This document shows, piece by piece, positions 58,398 through 64,000 of a stretch of DNA of 64,000 nucleotides. Location: positions 320,001 through 384,000 of the forward strand of contig CAWETW010000002.1 of the NCBI GenBank assembly GCA_963812155.1, in the 5' to 3' direction. The notes under the pieces were generated by a model. It made no database searches, was not told the origin of the DNA, and saw nothing but the letters and a program-made list of their open reading frames with translations. Both the position numbers and the translations under genes were made by a program. This DNA comes from Vulcanimicrobiota bacterium (GTDB lineage Bacteria > Vulcanimicrobiota > Vulcanimicrobiia > Vulcanimicrobiales > Vulcanimicrobiaceae). The stretch's first letter is position 1. The number at the start of each line of letters is the position of its first letter.

Positions 58398-58943
58398 GTG
58401 GCTGACAACTCGTATCACTTCATCACGCACTGGCGCGTCAAAGGCACGTGCGCCGAAGTTGCCGACGTTCTCGGAAATACGAAGGATTTCGCTCGGTGGT
58501 GGCCGTCGGTGTACTTAGACGTGAACGTACTCGAGCCCGGCGACGCGAACGGGCTGGGCGAGCGCGCCAGCTTGTTTACCAAAGGGTGGCTGCCCTATAC
58601 GCTGCGCTGGGAATTCATCGTCGCAGAGAGACGCTACCCGTACGGATCGGCGATCGAAGCGCACGGCGACTTCGTCGGGCGCGGTCGATGGACGTTCGAG
58701 CAAGACGGCGAGTTCGTCGACGTGACCTACGACTGGAACATCCGTGCGGAGAAGCCGCTCCTGCGCACCCTAACGCCGCTGCTTCGTCCGATTTTTTCCG
58801 CGAACCATCGTTGGGCAATGGCGCAGGGAAAACGGTCCTTGGAACTCGAGCTCGATCGCCGGCGCGCGAAGACCGCCGAAGAACGCGAAGCCGTTGCCGC
58901 ACCTCCAGGCCCAACGTTCTATCGTGCGAGGCGTTCGCCTTAG
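58398..58943 (+). CDS. SRPBCC/polyketide cyclase-like protein
   Basis: YHFITHWRV, WWPSVY, LPYTL, GDFVGRGRW, YDWNI and FSANHRWAM. Confidence 0.8.
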   Translation: MADNSYHFITHWRVKGTCAEVADVLGNTKDFARWWPSVYLDVNVLEPGDANGLGERASLFTKGWLPYTLRWEFIVAERRYPYGSAIEAHGDFVGRGRWTFEQDGEFVDVTYDWNIRAEKPLLRTLTPLLRPIFSANHRWAMAQGKRSLELELDRRRAKTAEEREAVAAPPGPTFYRARRSP

Positions 58944-58953
58944 CGCGACGGCG

Positions 58954-59634
58954 TTACGTCTTCTTCAGCGCGATCGAGCCGTTGGTCGTCTCGAGCGTGA
59001 TCGACGCGCCGCCCGGCGAAAGCGCTTGATCGACGGTGCCGCCGACGTATGACGTGCGATCGACGCGTACGGGCCAATCGCTGATGATCCGGCCAACCGA
59101 GGTGTCCATCTTTAGCCGGCCGATTTTCGCCGAAGCCGGAAGCGCGAGCGAGATGCTGCCGTTGCTGGTCGAAAGCGAAACGCGCGCGACGCCGGCAAAC
59201 GCCGCATAGGATGCACTCACCGAACCGTTGCTCGTTTCGAGGCGCGCGTCGGCGGAGAGCCCGCCGGCGGTGACGCTGCCGTTGCTCGAGCTTAGATCGA
59301 GCGACGTGCGCGGCGGCACCACGACCGAAAAAGAAATTTCGCCGCCGCACGAGCCGCTGCCGCAGCCGCTCGGATAGATCGCTCGCAGCGTGACGACGTT
59401 ATTGCGGTTGGTGGCGTCGACGCGCAGAGCGTTGACTTCGGCCATCGTGTCGGCGCGCTTGACGACCGTCACCTCGACGGGAGAGCCGGGACGGCCGGCC
59501 GTCACCTCGATCTTGCCGTTTGCCGTTTCGGCGCGCAGTTGGGCCGCCGCCGACACGCTGAAGGTATAGTGCTGCTCGACGTGCTGGCCGGTGCCGAAGA
59601 TCGACCAGGCCGCCAAAATCACTGCGTACGTCAT
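58954..59634 (-). CDS. DUF4097-like beta-strand repeat protein
   Basis: Repeated (S/T)(S/T)NGS(I/V) units, characteristic of the DUF4097 family. Confidence 0.8.
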   Translation of the reverse strand: MTYAVILAAWSIFGTGQHVEQHYTFSVSAAAQLRAETANGKIEVTAGRPGSPVEVTVVKRADTMAEVNALRVDATNRNNVVTLRAIYPSGCGSGSCGGEISFSVVVPPRTSLDLSSSNGSVTAGGLSADARLETSNGSVSASYAAFAGVARVSLSTSNGSISLALPASAKIGRLKMDTSVGRIISDWPVRVDRTSYVGGTVDQALSPGGASITLETTNGSIALKKT

Positions 59635-59693
59635 GCCACTTCTTACAGGACGGCGAGCGGGACGGTTTCACCCGCAATGTGAAGGAACGCCGC

Positions 59694-60275
59694 ATGGACG
59701 AAAAGCGCTTCCGGTTCGATCTCGTGGTCGCGCTCTGCGCGCTGCTGATCAGCGGCGTCGCGGCCGCCGCCTCCGCCTATCAAACATACGTCATCCGCCA
59801 GCAGTACAGCGCGACCGTCTGGCCCTATTTGACCTTCATCTCCTCGTCGTCGGAGACGTTTTTTTCGCTTACCGTGAGCAACGACGGTATCGGACCCGCG
59901 CTCATTCGCGCAGCGGTGGTGAGCCGGGACGGAAAACCGATCGACGTGCAGGCGAATCCGTCCACGAGCCCGGCGATCTTTTACGCCATCCTTCCCGAAC
60001 GAAATGCAGCCGAAGCGGAGGAACGTACCGCGCATAGGCACGGAAGAACCTCCGTCACCGTCAGTTCCATCGTTCGCGGAGACGTCATTCCGGCCGGTCA
60101 AACGCTGCAACTGCTGCGCGTCGACGGCCAGTTCATTACCCATCACATCGTGGCGGACATGCGTCGCTTCGATCTCCAGATTTGCTATTGTTCGCTGTTG
60201 GGTTCGTGCTGGATAAAACGGTTATGGGATCCGGCGGTCGAGCCTCACGCCGTCGCAAGCTGTCCCGAAACGTAG
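59694..60275 (+). CDS. Hypothetical membrane-anchored protein
   Basis: N-terminal TM, then VWPYL, NDGIGPALI and ICYCSLLGSCW. Fills the gap between divergent and convergent neighbours. Confidence 0.7.
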   Translation: MDEKRFRFDLVVALCALLISGVAAAASAYQTYVIRQQYSATVWPYLTFISSSSETFFSLTVSNDGIGPALIRAAVVSRDGKPIDVQANPSTSPAIFYAILPERNAAEAEERTAHRHGRTSVTVSSIVRGDVIPAGQTLQLLRVDGQFITHHIVADMRRFDLQICYCSLLGSCWIKRLWDPAVEPHAVASCPET

Positions 60276-60295
60276 CCTCGCGGGAAGCGCGACCG

Positions 60296-61609
60296 CTAGA
60301 CGGCGGCTGCGAAGACGCTCCGTTCGACCGGCCGCATCGGGACGGGCCCTGCCGGGCGAAGCGTCACCATCGGTGCGGTCGCCACCTCGACGCCGGGATC
60401 CTTGACGAACGAATACCGGCGCGCGATTGCCGAGACGACGATCTCGGCTTCACGAAGTGCGAACTCGTCGCCGATGCAGCGCCGCGCGCCCCCGCCGAAC
60501 GGGAAGAACGAAAACGGCGCCGGTTCCCAGTCGAGCCAACGGTCCGGATCGAAGCGCTGCGGCTCTGCAAAAAATTCCGCGCGACGATGAAGCAGCAAGG
60601 GCGCGAAGAGCACCGTCGTTTTCGATGGGATCACCGTTCCGTCGACGAGCGTCACCCGGCGCTGCGATTCGCGGCCGACCAGCCACGCCGGCGGATAGAT
60701 CCGGAGGCTCTCGCGAACGACGCGTGCGACGTAGCCCGAGTCGCCGGCAGCGGCCGCCGCACCGAGACGTTCGTCGATCTCCGCATGCTGCGCGAGTAAG
60801 TAGAACGTCCACGTAAGAAGATTGGCTGTCGTTTCGTGGCCCGCCATGAAGAGCGTCATGACTTCGTCGCGGATCTCTTCGTCGGTCGGACGATAGCCGG
60901 TGTCCGCGTCGCGCGCCGCGAGCAGCATCGAGAGCGCGTCTCCGGTGTCGCCGCCGTCGGCGCGACGGCGCGCGATGAGCCCGTAGATAATCGCGTCCAA
61001 CTGCGCGCGCGCCTGATGGAAGCGCTTCGTCGACGGCAGCGGCAGACGTTGACGCAAGTGCCCGAGCGGGACGAGCACGTGCGGAAACTCTTCCATCATG
61101 AGCCCCAACGCTTCGCTGACGTTGCCGGTGGAGGCGCTTTCGTCGCTGCCGAATAGCGTCGTCGTCGCGATGCGCAGCGTCAAGGCCGTCATCGCTGCAT
61201 GCACGTCGAACACCGCGTTCGGGCGCAGGCTCGCGACGAATTCGTCCGCCGCGCCCTCCATGATTTCGACGTAGCGCGCGATGCGTTCGCGGTGGAAAGC
61301 CGGCTGGACGATGCGGCGCATCTGGCGGTGCTTCGGCTCTTCGCTCGTGAGAAGTCCGTCGCCGAGCAGAAAACGCAAGGAGCGCGCGCCGAGCGATTTC
61401 GTGAACGCCTGCTGCTGCGTCACGAACACGTCCTTGATGAGCGCCGGCTCGTTGATGAAAACGTACCTGCGCCACGGAACCGAGAAGGCGACGACGTTGC
61501 CGTATCGCGCGCTCATCTCGAGCAGAAAGGGCGTAAACTTCCGGAACGGGACCGGAAAAAGCCGGCGCATGGTGGTCCACTGCGACGGTCCGGGTATGCG
61601 CGCGCTCAT
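60296..61609 (-). CDS. Cytochrome P450
   Basis: AGHETT (I helix), ESLR (ExxR), FDPDRW and heme motif FGGGARRCIG. ATG at 61609 overlaps the yciH stop. Confidence 0.96.
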   Translation of the reverse strand: MSARIPGPSQWTTMRRLFPVPFRKFTPFLLEMSARYGNVVAFSVPWRRYVFINEPALIKDVFVTQQQAFTKSLGARSLRFLLGDGLLTSEEPKHRQMRRIVQPAFHRERIARYVEIMEGAADEFVASLRPNAVFDVHAAMTALTLRIATTTLFGSDESASTGNVSEALGLMMEEFPHVLVPLGHLRQRLPLPSTKRFHQARAQLDAIIYGLIARRRADGGDTGDALSMLLAARDADTGYRPTDEEIRDEVMTLFMAGHETTANLLTWTFYLLAQHAEIDERLGAAAAAGDSGYVARVVRESLRIYPPAWLVGRESQRRVTLVDGTVIPSKTTVLFAPLLLHRRAEFFAEPQRFDPDRWLDWEPAPFSFFPFGGGARRCIGDEFALREAEIVVSAIARRYSFVKDPGVEVATAPMVTLRPAGPVPMRPVERSVFAAAV

Positions 61610-61878
61610 CCGCCGGCCAACTTCACGCGGCGTCCCTGCGCGGCAAACCATGCCGCTATTTTCTCGCGATGGTCGCCTTGAATTTCGATCGTTCCGTTCT
61701 TCGCCGTGCCCCCGCTTCCACAATAGCGTTTCAGCGTTTGCGCGATTGCGTCAATTTCGCGCGGCGCAAGCCCCGTGACGATGCTAACGGTGCTCGCGCG
61801 CCGCTTCGCGCGCATGATGCGCACGACACCATCGTCGGGCACCGCCGGTCTGCGTGCGGCGCGATCGTTGCGTAGCAT
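61606..61878 (-). CDS. yciH: Translation initiation factor SUI1 / YciH family
   Basis: DGVVRI, VSIVTGL, LKRYCGSGGTAKNGTIEIQGDHR and VKLAGG. Confidence 0.9.
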   Translation of the reverse strand: MLRNDRAARRPAVPDDGVVRIMRAKRRASTVSIVTGLAPREIDAIAQTLKRYCGSGGTAKNGTIEIQGDHREKIAAWFAAQGRRVKLAGG

Positions 61879-61952
61879 GCGCGCGGGCTTCGGCAGGCGC
61901 GCAACGGCTAACTGCGCCCGACTACCTCCCTATGGTCGCAGCCTTCCCGGGA

Positions 61953-62032
61953 TAGCCGGTCTAACAGGTTACAGTGGCGCCAGGGGGCTGGCGTTGACCC
62001 GGCGAGCTGTAACGGTCTAAAATAGTTACAGC
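61953..62032. promoter_or_regulatory. Paired operator-like sites and promoter in the yciH / CGNR divergent region
   Basis: Inverted repeat GCTGTAAC-N11-GTTACAGC (62006-62032) overlaps TTGACC-N18-TAAAAT. A second copy GGTCTAACAGGTTACAG lies at 61958-61974. Confidence 0.6.
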
Positions 62033-62524
62033 GTGCAACTCGGCAGCGCCAGCCTCGATTTCGCCTCGGCCGCTCGGAAAGGGGAGGCTGCCATCGCCCG
62101 TGCAATGGGCGTCGTGCTTTCGGTCGAACCGGCGCTGCGGCCGGAGGAGCGAGCCGACGCCCTTCGGCTAGCCGAGGCACTTGCCCGGGCCTTCGCGGCC
62201 GTCGCGAGCGGCATGCCGATCGCCGACCGCGACGTCGCCACGGTCAATAGCCACGCATCGGACGACCTCCCGTTCATCCAGCTCGGCCCGGACGGGAATG
62301 CGGTGCGCGGTGCCTTCGATCCGATTCGCGCGACGCTCGCCGCGCTCGCGCGCGATGGGATCGAGACGATCGCGCGGGAGCGAGAGCGCCTGCGGGTCTG
62401 CGCCGGCGCCGATTGTGGCCGCGTCTTCCTCGACCGTTCGCGCGGCAAGCGGCGGCGCTGGTGTTCGATGCAGGGTTGCGGCAATCGCGCGAAGGTTGCG
62501 TCCTTCCGCCGCCGCGCGCGCTAG
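62033..62524 (+). CDS. CGNR zinc finger (ABATE/DUF1470) domain protein
   Basis: RLRVCAGADCGRVFLDRSRGKRRRWCSMQGCGNRAKV. Confidence 0.93.
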   Translation: MQLGSASLDFASAARKGEAAIARAMGVVLSVEPALRPEERADALRLAEALARAFAAVASGMPIADRDVATVNSHASDDLPFIQLGPDGNAVRGAFDPIRATLAALARDGIETIARERERLRVCAGADCGRVFLDRSRGKRRRWCSMQGCGNRAKVASFRRRAR

Positions 62525-64000
62525 AAGGCCGCCGGCAGCGTCATGTTCAGGTTCTTCACCAAGAACGCGTAGACGTCGGCGGTCGCGTCGAAGCTTTGCG
62601 TGAGCGTCGTGCTTCCGCTATGTCCGGCTTTCAGCTGCACGCGCAGCAGAATTGGAGCGCTGCCGGCCTGATCGGCTTGCATCTTGGCGGCGAATTTGAA
62701 ACTGTGCGCCGGAAAGACTCGGTCGTCGTGATCCGACGTCATGATGAGCGTCGGCGGATAGACCGTATTCGGCCGCACGTTAGCATAGGGCGAGTATTTG
62801 TAGAGCCATGCGAAATCACCGGCGCCGCACGTCGCGCAGCCGTATTCGGGAATCCAAAAGTTCCCGATCGTAAACTTATCGAAGCGCAGCATGTCGAGGA
62901 CGCCCACGCCGGGCACGGCCGCGCCGAAAAGATCGGGGCGCTGCGTTTCGACCGCGCCGATCAGCAGACCGCCGTTCGACTCGCCCTTCACGGCCAGTTT
63001 CGGCGTCGAGGTATATTTTTGAGTGATGAGGTACTCGGCGGCTGCAATGAAATCGTCGAAAACGTTTTGCTTGTTTCCCAGCATCCCGGCGCGATGCCAA
63101 GCTTCACCGTACTCCGAACCGCCGCGCATGTTGGCGACCGCATAGATGCCGCCCATCTGAAGCCAGGTCGCGATCGACGTCGAGAACGCCGGCGTCATCG
63201 GAATGTTGAAGCCGCCGTAGCCGTAGAGAATCGTGGGAGCGCTGCCGTCCAGCGCCGTTCCGCGCCGGTACGACACCATCATGGGAACGCGCGTGCCGTC
63301 TTTGCTGCGGTAGAAAACTTCGCGCGTGACGTACTGCCCGGAGTCGAACGAGATATGCGGCTTGCGGTAGACGGTACTCCGGCCCGTAGTCACGTCGTAA
63401 CGATAGATGGTCTGCGGCGTCGTCCATCCCGCGTACGAATAGTAGGTCGAGCGATCGGACGCGAAGCCCCCAAATCCGCTCGCCGTGCCCGGTCCCGGCA
63501 AGTCAACGTCGCGCAGATGCCGTCCGTCCGCATCGAAGACGCTGACGCCGGAGTGCGCGTCGGTGAGATACGAGAGGATGAAACGTCCGCCGACGTACGA
63601 CGCGGATTGCAGCGCGAACCACGATTCGGGGATGACGGTGCGCACGACGCCCGGTTTGCGCACGTCGATCGCCACCACGCGCGAGTTCGGCGCCGCCAGC
63701 GTCGTCGTCAGATAGAAAACCGGACCGGCATTGCCGACCAATCCCCATTGCGCATCGTTTTTCCAAAGCAGCCGGCGAACCGGATGCGATGCCTGCCGAA
63801 GGTCGGCGTACCCGATGCGATTGTTGATCGAGTCGTTTTCCGACACGCTCACGACGGCGTATCGTTGGTCGTCGCTCACCTGCACGCCGTAGAGCCAGTT
63901 CTTGTGTTCGGGACGGTAGTAGAACACCGAGTCGGCCGATTGAGGCGTTCCGAGTTTGTGGTAGTACACCGCGTGTCCGTAGAGCGCGCCCTTCAGCGTC
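62521..64000 (-). CDS. Prolyl oligopeptidase (S9A), N-terminus beyond the right edge
   Basis: SKDGTRVPM, YGYGGF, RGGSEYGEAWH, GESNGGLL (catalytic Ser), HDDRV and AGH. Confidence 0.96.
   Translation of the reverse strand, partial: TLKGALYGHAVYYHKLGTPQSADSVFYYRPEHKNWLYGVQVSDDQRYAVVSVSENDSINNRIGYADLRQASHPVRRLLWKNDAQWGLVGNAGPVFYLTTTLAAPNSRVVAIDVRKPGVVRTVIPESWFALQSASYVGGRFILSYLTDAHSGVSVFDADGRHLRDVDLPGPGTASGFGGFASDRSTYYSYAGWTTPQTIYRYDVTTGRSTVYRKPHISFDSGQYVTREVFYRSKDGTRVPMMVSYRRGTALDGSAPTILYGYGGFNIPMTPAFSTSIATWLQMGGIYAVANMRGGSEYGEAWHRAGMLGNKQNVFDDFIAAAEYLITQKYTSTPKLAVKGESNGGLLIGAVETQRPDLFGAAVPGVGVLDMLRFDKFTIGNFWIPEYGCATCGAGDFAWLYKYSPYANVRPNTVYPPTLIMTSDHDDRVFPAHSFKFAAKMQADQAGSAPILLRVQLKAGHSGSTTLTQSFDATADVYAFLVKNLNMTLPAAF

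Noticed and set aside
61908..61950. Strong SD-like GGGAGGT on the minus strand upstream of yciH
   Set aside because: No start codon lies at usable spacing, so I cannot support a leader peptide or extra gene.

Overview
A GC-rich (roughly 65% by eye) bacterial chromosomal segment dominated by housekeeping genes. The mix of CIRCE-controlled groESL, a Gram-positive-type LexA-like box, a short ribosomal protein S1, a three-gene transhydrogenase and LptF/G, LptD-like and Lnt genes points to a diderm Terrabacteria lineage. Eremiobacterota/WPS-2 is a plausible but unverified guess. In order: a partial 2-oxoacid:ferredoxin oxidoreductase alpha gene, a VapBC toxin-antitoxin pair, groEL-groES, alr, hisA, citrate synthase, a dcw cluster (mraZ-rsmH-ftsL-ftsI-murE-murF-[CofE-like ligase]-mraY-murD-ftsW-murG-murC-murB-ddl), stress and signalling genes, an envelope/LPS-transport cluster, an alpha-2-macroglobulin-like gene-polA-DUF192-mutM-rpsA-coaE run, pntAB, an orphan RND pump, lrp-kdd-kamA, yciH-P450, a CGNR regulator and a partial prolyl oligopeptidase. 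I saw no rRNA, tRNA, CRISPR array, transposase or prophage. Many single-base frameshifts in conserved genes (murC, rpsA, mutM, polA) look like sequencing errors. The strongest candidate for an undescribed system is a CofE (F420:gamma-glutamyl ligase)-fold gene translationally coupled between murF and mraY, which may be a peptidoglycan-precursor-modifying amide ligase. The next best is a 106-nt rod-like structured element with a cUACGg tetraloop between vapC and groEL. All family assignments come from motif recognition by eye, not database searches.
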